A DNA stretch of 64,000 nt from Camelus ferus (taxonomy: Eukaryota): positions 18,168,001 to 18,232,000 of the forward strand of contig NC_045697.1 of NCBI RefSeq assembly GCF_009834535.1, read 5' to 3'. The notes beneath the pieces are model-generated. The model did no database searches. It was given only the letters and a program-made list of their open reading frames with translations, and had not been told where the DNA came from. A program made the position numbers and the translations under genes. Numbering within the stretch: the stretch's first letter is position 1; every line of letters begins with the position of its first letter. Positions 1 to 11,934 of the stretch are shown in pieces.

Positions 1-109
1 ACTTATCCCTGCAAGATGAATCACAATGGAGAGAGGTCATTCCTCCGAAGGAAACAGGGGCATGATTTGGAAGATGATGGGCACAAGACAGTGAAAAATA
101 TACAATAAA

Positions 110-420
110 CCTGCTCTTGACCAGAAACTGACCAGGGACAGAATCGCCCGTGGGACCGTCTCTGAGTCCCATTTTGAGCCCTCTTTTCATTTCTGCTCTA
201 TTCATTTCTCTCTCTTTCCCTGAAAACTGACTTTCTCGGCATCCTAGGTTAAAAATGGCTGCCTGCAGCCTCAGGATTTCTTGACTGGTCCAGCCACAGC
301 GGGACTGAATCTCTTAGCACAATTTCAACCTTGCAGGCAAGGGACTGATTGATCCAGCTCAACTCAGTTGTCTACTTCTGCTCCAAATAGTTGAGGTCGG
401 GGTGTGGGTGGCAGGGAGCA
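110..420 (-). mobile_element. Old MaLR (MLT1-like) LTR fragment
   Basis: Resembles recalled MLT1 motifs (aaaatggctgcc...gactgattgatccagctc...); degenerate. Confidence 0.4.
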
Positions 421-2529
421 GAGACAATTTCAACGTTAACAATGGGGATTGGGGGAGGGGAGCTCTCTGCAGGACAGGATTAGGTTCTGTTCCTAGAGTG
501 TGAGTCCCAGTCTGTGGCATTTGTAAGTTCTTGCTTGTATTAAACTGCCTTCAATAGTAGTTCAATCCTTTGTTGTCTCCAGACCAAACTTGGGGGAGCT
601 GGCCTAGCCTGGGGTTGCCCCCAGTATTGACAGTCTTCAGAGACCCTAGCAGATCTGCAAGACAGTGATGACAAGACACTTGCCCTGTGAGGCCAGGGAC
701 AGAAGTGACCATGCTTGGGTGAGGCAGTCCCGGAGATGGAGGAGGAGGAGGAGGGTGGAGGGAGCAGGAGGAGTGTGCGCAGAATTTGGGACCATGTGTT
801 CTGTGCGAAGATGTACAAAAGGAATGAAGGTCCAGTTCCCTGCCTTGGGGAATGGTACCCTGGCATGCTGCCAGTTAACTGGGACTCCAGCTCTTGGGGT
901 CTGAGACTGAATCCAGGGATGGAAGAGAGAGTCGGAGGACAGACCCAGAACGGAGATGTTAGAACCCAAGAGGGGACGGAGGGAAACATCAGCCCAACTC
1001 CTCTACTCCACAAACTCAGGATCAGGGATATGGGGCCTCCCCAGAGCTGGGCCCTGCCCTTAGTTCTTTAGACTTTTCACCTGGGACACTCCTCACCCCT
1101 AACACTATCTTCTGTGTTTACTTTTAGAATAATGCTTTATTCTGAGTTTCTCATCCAACCAGAAGGAAGGACGTGATCTTCCCTCAGCAGCGCTGTGGGT
1201 TTGGTGTCACCTTAGATTCCATAGTTAATCCCAAATGTGAGCTATTGGCTGTGATGTTCCTTTTTCCCCTCCAAAGAACTGAGAGAGTGGTCAGGCCAGT
1301 TACAGCTCCTCTGCATTCTTTGGAAGCTATCTTGTGAAGCTTGTTCTTGAATCCAGACCATCTGGAAAAAAACTTCTAGACCCAGTATCACTCCAGGTCT
1401 ATCTGAGACTAATGGAAATTCAGACATCCAGGGAATCTAGAATGCAGCCCAAAAGGTGAATTAACCCGGGAAAGCCTGGACCCTCTCTCCAGCAGGGGAA
1501 GACCATCCCGGGGGACCAGCCAAGATTTTGCTGAAACTGAACTTGTTTAGAGACTAATTCATTCCAGGATTCTCCTGAAGGTAATTCATAAGCCTTTCTT
1601 TTCTTTTTTTATTCTTGAACTTTAGTGTTAGCATTTATTTTTGAATAGGTAATAATTATATTCAGATGGCTCAAAGTTCAAAAGTGCAAGAGGATACGCA
1701 GTGGAATGTTTCCCTTTCCCCAGGCAGCCAACTCCATCCCGTAAAAGCAGCCAGTGGTAATTGGTCATTTGCTTCCTCCTGGGGAGAACCTGCCTGATGA
1801 ACATGAGTTGTTGGTGCAGAGAATTTTCTGTAAGAGAAAGTGTTAGCTGGAATTCATTCCTCTGAAAGCTAGCTGCACTGAGCACCTTCCAGAGCTGCCA
1901 AGAGGCCACGGACAGAAGATCAGCTCTGAGGGCGGGTGTGGAATCCCTAACGGGCCTGTTGCTTCTTGTGGGATCTCAGCCAAGTCCTGGTCTTGCGCTG
2001 ACTGGCCCCGTCTACAGAATCCAGAAGGAGCAAAAGACCCTCTTTCACAAACCGGTTGAGAAGGGGAAATGATCTCACATGAATTCCTGGCACATTCTCA
2101 GGCATGTGTGTTGTACAAGTAATTTTTGACATTACCTGTTTACACACTGACTTCCCCACTTGAACATGGGCCCCTGAAGGGCAAGGCTGTGTCCGTCACC
2201 AGCACCGCTGGATGCCCTGTCAGCATGTGGCAGACACTCAATAAATCACCATCACCACTCATGCTTTGAAACACTTGCTGTAGGTGCCAGGCACTATACC
2301 CAGTGCAGTGCGGACGACCTCACAATAGCCACTCTGAGGTAGTTGCTGCTCCTGTTCCGGCTATGTAGATGAGGATGGAGGCACAGAGGGGTTGTCCCCC
2401 AGCTGCATAGCAGTCACGCCAGGATTTGATTTCTGGCAGTCTAGGGATGACCAGCTCTTCTTGATTTTCCTAGGACCATCCTGGTTTTAAAATAGAAAGA
2501 TTTACCTGCCAGCAAGGGCAAATCAGAGG

Positions 2530-2712
2530 GTCCCAGGCCAGGGTGAAATGAGCAAGGCACTTGTCTCCAGCACAAAATTTAAGGAGTTGACCGAACACTC
2601 AGTAATCAAGAGAAATAATATTTTAATGCAATATTTTTAAAATAATTGAAATCTATGCAAGAAAATCCATTGTGAACAATACAACAAAATTTAAATTAAG
2701 AAAGGATCAGTG
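2530..2712. mobile_element. hAT-Tip100-like DNA transposon fossil
   Basis: caaaatttaagg...cactcagtaatcaagagaaataatattttaatgcaata resembles a recalled Tip100-family consensus; subfamily uncertain. Confidence 0.45.
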
Positions 2713-3821
2713 CCTATGAGTGTCACCACCCCTCTGCTTCTGCGGTGAGAATGCATTTGGGTGGGAGAAGCGAGGCCAGAGACAATGAGGGGACAGCATG
2801 CGCTGCCTCAGGCAGGCAGTGGAGACAGGGAGGCCAGCCTCTTCTCACGTCTCCTACCCGTTGGAACCTGCAGATCTGTCCTTCTGGTCTTCCTTAGCTT
2901 TGGGCAAGTGGGCAGTGGGTCTCTGGGAGCAGTGGGAGTAGCTGCTGCAAAGCAGGAGTGGGCTAGGCTTAGAGGAATTCCAAGAAGTGGTATTGCCTCC
3001 AAGAAGTGTGCATGCTGAGCAAGGGGCAAGCTGTGGGAGGAAGGCTGGAGCGCTTTCTCTTGGCATCAGTGGGAGCAAGGCAAGAACTCTGTTGACATAT
3101 GCTTCAAGAAGTCCATTTGCTGTAGAGGCTGCAGACCCAGGGCTTCCCTGGCAGCCGAGGTCAGAAAGGGAAAGCTATTGCATAGCAGACAAAAGAGTAC
3201 TGAATAGGAGCGAGGGTGGATGATCATGGAGGGGAGAGGGGAGGCAGAGAAGGATGTTACTGCAGTAACTTGATGTGACTCCTGTCTACCACCTCCCATC
3301 TTCATCTTGAATTACATTTGCAGCCATCACAAATGGCTGGGGGTGATGTCTGTAACAAGACTGCAGAGGGCAGGGTCAGTGCGGCCCCCAGATCACTTCT
3401 GGATTTCATTAACATTGCATCCGCAGCAAATGGATTCACCCTCTCTTTCTGGGAAGGATGGCTCATTTGTGACAATTAGCCAGTGGTTAAGAGAGTCCAG
3501 AGTGATTTTGCTTTTAATTAGATGCTTATTTTTGTACCTGATTTGGTTCTCTGTAGATTCAGGGTAGCAGCAGGTCTCTCCCAAGTGTTATTATAGTGGC
3601 TTTGCCACTTGGTAAAGACTTCTGGAGCTCATTTTAGGGCTCTCAGAAAGCCAGACTTTTGATTTTACCCCTGAACTTACTACTTTCTCATTCCTCTCAT
3701 CCCAGTAAATAGCACCACCATCTATCCAGCTATTCAAGCTAATTCCTGGAAGTCACTGTAGATTTCTTTCCTTTCCTTCTGTCCCATCCCTCAGCGAGTC
3801 ACATGGTCTTGGCCTCCACAC

Positions 3822-3931
3822 ATGGTGACCAAGCGCGAGGCTGGCCAGGGATTTTTCCACGTTAGCACTAAAGGTCCCAGGTCCCAGGAAACCCCTAGGT
3901 CCCAGGCCAGCCAGGACGGTCGGTCACCCTA
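3822..3931. mobile_element. hAT-Blackjack MITE (MER81-like)
   Basis: About 110 bp with terminal inverted ggtgacc (3824) / ggtcacc (3922) and internal ttagcactaaaggtccc...ggaaacccct. Confidence 0.65.
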
Positions 3932-4275
3932 ATTAGCTGTGGCCACACTAGTCTGATTTGCACCACTGCATACCCTCCCTGCTTCGGTCTGGACCCCCAG
4001 CCATTCTCCACACAGCAGCAGAGCGAGATTTTAAACTGACTCAGGGGTGCTCAGGGGATAGCACCCGCTGTTTGAGACCTTCTGATGCACTTGAACCCAC
4101 AGCCAGCCCTCAGCACACCTTCTCAAGGCCTCGTATGATGGGCTCTGGACTCACTCTCACCTCTCTGGTACAGCACTTCCCCAGTCACCACACTGGAGCC
4201 ACTGCCTCATCATGACAGGTCCCCTCACCCTATGACTGCCCTTACTGTCCCCAGACCTCCACATGGGGCCTGCTT

Positions 4276-4843
4276 TTTTTTTTAGTTGAAATATAGTTGA
4301 TTTGCAATGTTGTCTTAGTTTCTGGTGTACATAGTGATTCAGTTATACATATACGTATATATTCTTTTTCATATTTTTTCATTATAGGTTATTATAAGCT
4401 ACTGAATATAGTTCCCTGTGCTATACAGTAGGACCTTGTTGTTTATCTGTTTTATATACAGTAGTTTGTATGTGCTATTCCCAACTTCCTAATTAATCCC
4501 TCCCCTACTCCCCTTTCCCCTTAGGTAACCCATAAGTTTGTTTTCTATGTCTGTGAGCCTGTTTCTGTTTTGTAAATAAGTTCATTTGTGTCATTTTTTT
4601 AGATCCCACATATAGATAATATCATGTGATATTTGTCTTTGTCTGACTTACTTCGCTTAGTATGACAATCTCTAGATCCATCCATGTTGCTGTAAATGGC
4701 ATTATTTATTTTTTTTTATAGCAGAGTAAGATTCCACTGTATAAGTATACCATAAGTTCTTTATCCAGTCATCTGTCGATGGACATTTAGGTTGCTTCCA
4801 TGTCTTGGCTGTTGTAAATAGTGCTGCTGTGAACATGGGGGTG
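4276..4843 (-). mobile_element. 5'-truncated L1 3' end with 11-bp TSD
   Basis: Poly(T) at 4274 followed by L1 3'UTR/ORF2-end sequence; ggggcctgctt at 4265-4275 and 4844-4854. Confidence 0.9.
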
Positions 4844-5734
4844 GGGGCCTGCTTCTCATCACTCAGGTCTTAGCACCAGTGTCACCATCTCGGAAAGGGC
4901 TCTCCCACCATCCGGATCTAAAGCAGCCCCCCCCCCCAAACTGTCACACTTTATCCCATAATGCTGTTTTAATCTCCTTATGGATGTGTCACTACTAAAA
5001 ACAATTGTGTTTTTATTTATTTATAGCCTTTCATCTGTCTGCTTCCCCCAAGACATAAACTCCTCTATAGCAAGGACCTGCTTTCCTTCATTCTCCCCAA
5101 CACTTAGAAGTGCCCGGCACACAGTTGCTGCTTAATAAGTGAGTGGAAGCAGGGCCTCCCTTCAGAGGTTTCAAATCTGCAGAGGAAATGTTTTCCATCC
5201 TCCAGGAACTTTGAGTACTTAAGGGCTGAAGGACACAGAGGCAAAAAGGGGATATGTGATTAGATACTCTTGGAATCGTTCAAAGGAAAAGAAGGTCCCT
5301 GAATAGGCTGAGTCCTGAAGGAAAATGGGATTCCCAGAGGCGAAGCTAAGGGCACTTCAAGGGCACTCCCCACACGAGGCTGCACACAGGAGTCTGCCCT
5401 TGGCGTGGCTTTCAGAGTTTGCACGAAGTCACCAGTGCCTGGGGGATGAAATCTCCACGGGAGTAGCAGGGAGCCACTGAAAGCTCTGGAGCAACACCTG
5501 AGGGCTGATTTGGGGAAGTCACTCCGGGAGGCAGGGAGACTCATGAGTCTGCCGCAGCACTGACGCTCGTGTGAGGACTGGGAGAAAGAAAGCAAACACG
5601 GAACACTCAGGGGGGAGAACTGCTAGGTTTTTGTGGCAGTTCAGATCTTTGTGGCACAAAGGAAGGAAATATCCAACCAATTACCTAATTCTATTGACTT
5701 CCAATAGAATCAATTAGAATTGATTAATAGGTTT

Positions 5735-6168
5735 ACCATGTTAAGTGAAGTAAGTCAGGCAAAGACAAATATCATATCACTTATATGTGAAATCTAAAAA
5801 AGTGATACAAACGAACTTATTTACAAAACTGAAATAGACACACAGACATAGAAAACAAACTTATGATTACCAAAGGGGAAAGGTAGGGGAGGGATAAATT
5901 TGGAATTTGGGTTTAACTGGTACACACTTCTATATATAAACTAGATACATAGCAAGGTCCTACTGTATAGCACAGGGAACTGTATTCAGTATCCTGTAAT
6001 AACCTAGAATGGAATAGAATCTCAAAAAGAATTGATATTATATATATATATATTATATAAATATATATTATATATATATATATATATATAAAACTGAATC
6101 ACTTTGCTGTATACCTGAAATATTATAAATCAACTATACCTCAATAAAAAAATTAAAGTAAAAAAAGG
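5735..6168 (+). mobile_element. L1 3' end fragment with internal (TA)n and A-rich tail
   Basis: taagtgaagtaagtcag...acagacatagaaaacaaacttatgattacc...caactatacctcaataaaaaaa. Confidence 0.88.
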
Positions 6169-6452
6169 AAGCAATAGAATCAGGAGAGTCAATAAAGAGA
6201 TCAATAGAATTAGGTAATTGGTTGGATTTTTTTGCCAAAGGGGAGGGCCCGTGAAAGCTGACACTGTCTGGGTTGCTGGGTAGAGAGGGATCTCTGTGGA
6301 AGGAACTGATTTGAGAGGGTCCCTCTGATAACATGGTTTTGCAGACTATTGCATGTGGGGTGCTGGTGGGACGTCCAGGTGATACTCCACAGCAACCAGT
6401 AGGACCGGTGGGGCTGGAGAGAAAGATGCACAAGGAACTCCCTCCACAGGAA

Positions 6453-6565
6453 GAGGTTCTTAAACTTTTGAGGTCGAGGACCTTGTGGATATGAGAAAAG
6501 ATCTAGACCCACTTCCCAGAAAAATGCGCACATCCGCATATTCAGAAAAACTTGCATTCAAGTTC
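6453..6565. mobile_element. hAT-Charlie fossil (MER103C-like)
   Basis: gaggttcttaaacttttg...gacccacttcccagaaaaatgc matches the recalled consensus. Confidence 0.5.
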
Positions 6566-8010
6566 AACCCAGTTGTCTGGATGGGTGGTTTTTGCTTATT
6601 TTTTGTGTGCCCTGGAGATTAAATTTGTGTATGGAAAGGATTATTCTGAAAAGATTTCAGTTTTTAAAATATCATTTTAAATTTGTTCAAGTTTCCATTT
6701 TTAAAAACTATTTCTCCCTTCATCTTCTTAGATTCAGTTTATGAATATCTTTGCACTATTTATAAATCTACCAAAGTTTAAGGAACAAATTATAAAATTA
6801 GATTATTTACATTTTAAACTTCACTTATACTTTCAGTATATTTGGTTTCTTTAAGTTATTAACAATTGTCGAATATAACAAACTTTCCAAGACACCTACA
6901 TCATTTTTATAAATCTAACAAATTGAACCTTAAAAGGATGGATTTTAAATACTCTTAAGTGTTCCAATATGGTTTACATACTGAATGAAATTTCAATTTA
7001 AATGTCCATGCTTAAGTCAATTATACAATTACCTGTTTTAAATTAAAACCTCCATGTTAACCTATTATAGATACTAATATGCTAAATTGTCCTTAACATT
7101 TCAAGAAATTAAAATAACATGTATGGACAGATTATCTTTAATGTATCATGAAAATGTTGAGATTCTAGGTGATTTACTTTGCAGCTCCTCTTTATTCTGA
7201 ATCTCCCCCTGGGGACTCCAGTACTGAGCTTTTTTTTCGTAGTCTTTATCTCAAAAACTCCAAAACTCTAGGCGTAATCCCAGGCATCTGTGTCTCCACC
7301 CAGGCTGCTACATTTCAAGATTATATTTCTTTAAATTAGATCTGATTTTGTGGACTTTTTTTTTTTTTTTTGGCTTTAGCATATTTAAATGTCTCTTCTA
7401 TTTAAAAGGGAAGACCTTGACCCTGATGGAATTCTTTCTTCTTCTCTGTGGTTCACATCTGGTAGCACCCCACAGTTCATGGGAAGTACAGTAATGTTGA
7501 GTTGGATCCATCAACGCTCTGCCTGAGGGCAGATAAACCTTGGGCCATGCTTGTGACAGCAGCCAGGCTCTACAAGGCCCATGGATCCCAAGTTTTAACC
7601 CCCAAAGGGTGTTAACAATTGAGTTTAGAGAAAGCAGAGAAGAGAACGTATTCAAAGGAGGTGAGGGAGTCCTGGGAGGGGATCAACTGTCAGGGGCAGC
7701 ACACATTAAACCAGAACGATGCAATGTCGCAGAAGCCATGGGTGAAAAGAGTCTCAAGAAAGGAGCATGTATCAAAAATGTCAGAACAACTAGAAAGGTT
7801 GAGATGGATGAGGACTCGCGACCAGAAACCACTTGGATTACAAGAGCTTGGCTTCTGAACCTGACCATTAGCTGGAGCTTCTCTGGTCCAGTCAAAGAGG
7901 CAGCTGTATGTCTTCACACAGGCGCCATGTTGTCACATCAGACATTTCAAATGTCTGTCAAACTCCCCTAATCTTTTATCCTGGGCTCTGGAAGAAGGAA
8001 TGGATCATTT

Positions 8011-8655
8011 TGTCGCTGATAGGTGCAACTGGTGTTCCAGGTTCTTGTCCCGTCCCAGAAAGAATTCAGAGACAGGACTTAAAGGTTAAAAAGGTAAAGT
8101 GAGGATTTATTAAAGGATGGATAGTACACTCTCAGGGGAGAGCGGGCAGGCTCAGGTGAGCAGCTGCCCTGAGTTTCTTTGGCAAGTTAGTTACATAGGG
8201 TGTAAAGATGAATGGGCAGAATATTCATTGGGGAGGAAAGGGTTTGGGGCCGTATGCTCTGATTATCATCCCAACTCCACCTTCCCAAAGGGAGGAGGGA
8301 TTTTTGTCCTTATTTAGCCTGGATCGGAAGTGTCATGGCGTCGGTGCGTGATGGGTACTTCTGATCTGCAAGGCTAATTTTATTGAAATGATGGCATAAT
8401 GAGTAAAAGGTTACATTTGGACACTGGAAATTCCTGCCTTTTCTGACCTTTCTTTTTTGGTCTCCAAGCCAAAAGGTGTAGTCCCTTATCAGCCCAAAGA
8501 TTCCAGCTTTTCTTTCTCTGCGCAAGGATCCCTGCTGCTCACGTGATGTGTGGTTTCCTGCATTTGGCCTGTGCCTCTCCTTTCTGCCTAATTCCTGCAT
8601 TTTGGTCTGTGTCCCCCTTTCTCTGCTCATATCTAGCTATCTGCCTGCTCTAACA
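8011..8655 (-). mobile_element. ERV1-type solo LTR, 645 bp
   Basis: TGT...ACA termini, 4-bp TSD attt (8007-8010 / 8656-8659), minus-strand AATAAA (tttatt 8106-8111). Confidence 0.8.
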
Positions 8656-8842
8656 ATTTGACTTTTCTTCTAGTTGCTTTCCTGTGTCTCTTGAAGAAAG
8701 GAATTAATTATTCTTTACACTGTTAGCTTCCTAAACAGGCGTAGAGACCTGTGGCACACGGTAGACAGAACACAGATTTCAGGTATAATTTGCAGAATGG
8801 CAGCCTCTATCTGCTTTGAAGAAAACAAAAACACTCTAGCTC

Positions 8843-8985
8843 AGAATTTCTCAGCCTTGGTACTAATGAACTTTTGACTGGATCGTCCTTTGCTGGGGAC
8901 TGTCCTGGGCAGTGCAGGCTGTTTAGCAGCAGACCTAGACCCGACCCACATGATGCCAGTAGCACCCCTTCTTCCAGTTGTGTTC
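8843..8985. mobile_element. MER20 (hAT-Charlie) fragment
   Basis: tttctcagccttggtacta...ggggactgtcctgggcagtgcaggctgtttagcagc...gatgccagtagcacccc. Confidence 0.75.
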
Positions 8986-9479
8986 AGGGCCTGGGTGGGG
9001 CTGTTGGGCCGTGAGGCGGAAACTGAGTAGAGTAGGCTTAGGGAGGCTGTAGGCATGAGCGGGCTAGTTTACATCTTGGCTTACCTTGTGTAAGGCCCGG
9101 TATCTTCCTCACTCTCAGGAAGCAGCAATTTCCAGCTCTTGCCAGTTGCATCCTTTCCCTGTATGAAGATGCTATGGGGTCCAAGAGACCTAGAACCATG
9201 GTGTACTTGGTTTCTTCAAGTCCTGGATGAACAGAGCTCGTCTCTGGGAAGGTGGTGGAGAGGGGGTGTCAGAAGCTCAGCAGAGAGTGATGAATGAAGT
9301 CAGAGTGATCCATCAAGGAGGGCGCAGAGCAAGGGGGAGAGGTCCTGTACCCAGAGTAAGGGGGTCTTCTGATCTGTCATCGAGCTGCCTGCTGAGGGAC
9401 ACCTGTTCAAGAGCTTGGGTCCCATCAGTAGATGGGTCCTCAGCTTCATGCTTAGACCTGTGAGAGATTGTATGAAGCA

Positions 9480-9792
9480 GTAGTTAATCTCGGTTTGAAT
9501 CGTGGTTGGACCAGAAACTAACTTTGTAACTTCGGATAGAATATCAAATCCTCTCTGAGTCTAAGCTCTTCATCCGTAAACTGGAGATTAAATGACCAGA
9601 CTGCTTAGAATTGTTAGGACCATTAAATGATGAGTCTTGTGCCTTGCCAGAACACTTAGTGATGAAAAGCAATAGGTTTTGGTATTCTGGGTTCCTGTGC
9701 TTTGCCACTTACTAGCTGTGTGATTTTAGATACTCTGCAAAATGTGGATGGAATCAAGTTTATAAGGCGATTCTGAAGATTAAATGAGATAA
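9480..9792 (+). mobile_element. Two tandem MIR SINE fragments
   Basis: ggtttgaatc...ctctctgagtct...catccgtaaactggagat; ctgggttc...ctttgccacttactagctgtgtga...gattaaatgagataa. Confidence 0.6.
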
Positions 9793-11194
9793 ACCCAAAC
9801 CCATAAAGATTTAACCCTGGGCTGTGATATATTGCTCTACTCTTGACAAATATGGTGATTTCTGGAGCCCTGGGGATGTTCCATTTACTCACCAGATGCT
9901 CCTGCTCCACCTCCCCCTGGTGAAGTGTGGGAAGGTGGGGGAGATGGGGCCTTGGGGGTACACCTGGCATTGCATCCAGACCTACATGACCTCCTTCCCC
10001 CACCTTCCCCTACCCTTGCTTCTGGAGATTAAGGATGGGAGGGGTCGGTAGTTTCCCTGAGGGTGGTTGGGACTACCTCATCCTTACAGAGGTACCCACG
10101 AGACCCTATTAATGCAGGAGAGAACCACCTAGTTCAGGGGTTCCCATAAACAATTCTCCCTTTGCCAGATGCAGGACAGTCTGGAGAGGGGTGAGAGTGA
10201 AGATACCCACTTGTTTCTCTGGCAGGAGCTCTCAGCAAGAGTGGGAAAAGGCATTTGCAAGTTGCAGAGTCAATAACTTCAAAGAAAAATGCTCATAACA
10301 TAATAAAGGGAGAAATAAGGAAATCAAAGCTTCTGTAGAAAATGATTGCTTTTCTAGTAACATCTCATTTCCATGCCAGTGGTGCCCTGGTAACCTTTAT
10401 TTGCAAGGTCCCCTAGTCTAGTTCCATGTGTAAGTTATTTATCAGCTCATATTCTCCCAGTTTGCAGGAGGCAGCCTGAGAATAGAAGTCCTCACTGAAT
10501 CTGGAGTTATAAAGTTGACTTTGCTTCCTAGTACATAAATCTTAGCAAAAGCCAGTTTTGTTCAAAGTAGAGAATTTACCCTAATACACCATCTGGTTGA
10601 GGGTAGGGTGGGTAAGCCAAGTGTCATAACCTTGTCACTCCTTCCTGATTGAAGTTTCGTCCAGATCTGCTCTTCTCCACAGTTACCTCAACTGGACAGG
10701 TACTCCCCGAGAGGATGGATTTTTCTGCATTTCAACAATTCAAATCAATTCACGTGGCCTCTCCAAGGCCTCATAAAATATTCTATAGCAGATAGAAAGA
10801 TTACTCCTGCACTGGGTTCAGAAGACCCTTGATCTTCCTCGGCTTTGCCCCAGATTGCAGTAACCCTGGACAGGTCATTAAAGATTTGAACATCAGGTTG
10901 CCAATTTGTTTAATGAGGAAGATCTCAAAGATCTTAAAGTTCTCAACTCTAATGTTCTCTGAGTTTTAAAATTTAGCACCCCCCTCCCATCTTGCTTGGT
11001 AGCCTGTTGAAGGATTCTGATTATGTCAACACAGTGACATTTCTTGTTAGATTAATTTTGTTTTGGATGTAAACTTGAATATTTTAGTGCAGGGCATGCT
11101 CTATCCATTGTGCCTGAAGCCCCACTACTTATCATCCTTAATGTCCACTTAACCTTCACCTGCTTGGAATGAAGCCATTTGACTATCATTTGGT

Positions 11195-11930
11195 CCAAAA
11201 AAATTCATTGAATACTTACTGTGTATCAGGAACTTACAAGGCCCAGTGAGCAAGATAAACCTGCCCTCAAGGAACTTATGGTCTACAGACAATGGAAGAA
11301 GTGAAAAATATAGAAAAATGTTGTGGGGTGATGAGTGTGAAGGAAAGGAAAACAAGACAGAATGGCGGTTAAATAGCCCCCAAGTGGTCAGGGAAACTTT
11401 CTCAGAGTAGGTATTTGAGCAGAGGCTTGAGTGAAGCAAGGAAGCAAGTTGTAAAACACTCGCACTGTCCAGGAAGAGGGACCAGCAAGGACACTTGCTC
11501 TGGGATAGGAATGTACTTGCCAAGTTTGAGGAAAGCAGGAGGGCTGATGTGGCTAAAGTGAAGGAAAAGAGGTTAGAGCAGCCCACTGTGGAGGGCCCAG
11601 AAAGACTTTAGATTGTGTTATAAGTGGAATGGGGAGACCTAGGAAGGCTTGAGGAGGAAAGGATGTGATCTAGTTTATGTCACAGATTCCTTTGGCTGCT
11701 GTATTGGAGAACAGACTGCAGAGGAGTTGGAGCACATTCAGAAAGTCCATTGAGACACTAGAAATAATCCAGGTGAGTGAAGATGACAACCAGGCTAGCA
11801 TCGAGTAGAAATGCTGCTAAGTGGTGACCTTGGAAGTATATTTTGAAGGTAGAGCCATTTGAGGAATTTTATAATGTATTTGTTGTAAGAATGAGAAAGA
11901 AAGAATCAAAAGGGTACAAATTTAAACTCC
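11195..11930 (-). mobile_element. L2 (part left of the L1 insertion)
   Basis: cattgaatacttactgtgtatcagg, gtggtcagggaaactttctcagag, gtatattttgaaggtagagcc. Confidence 0.75.
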
Positions 11931-11934
11931 AAAG

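Larger units (their letters stand above)
3650..5142 (+). mobile_element. L2 3' region interrupted by a MITE and an L1 fragment
   Basis: L2 hallmarks: tcccagtaaatagcaccaccatctatcc, ccattctccacacagcagc, and 3' end tgcccggcacacagttgctgcttaataagt. Confidence 0.7.

Noticed and set aside
540..1071. Overlapping 100-157 aa ORFs as a gene
   Set aside because: They are driven by a short GAG run in repeat-like sequence, with no domain, splice structure or coding bias.
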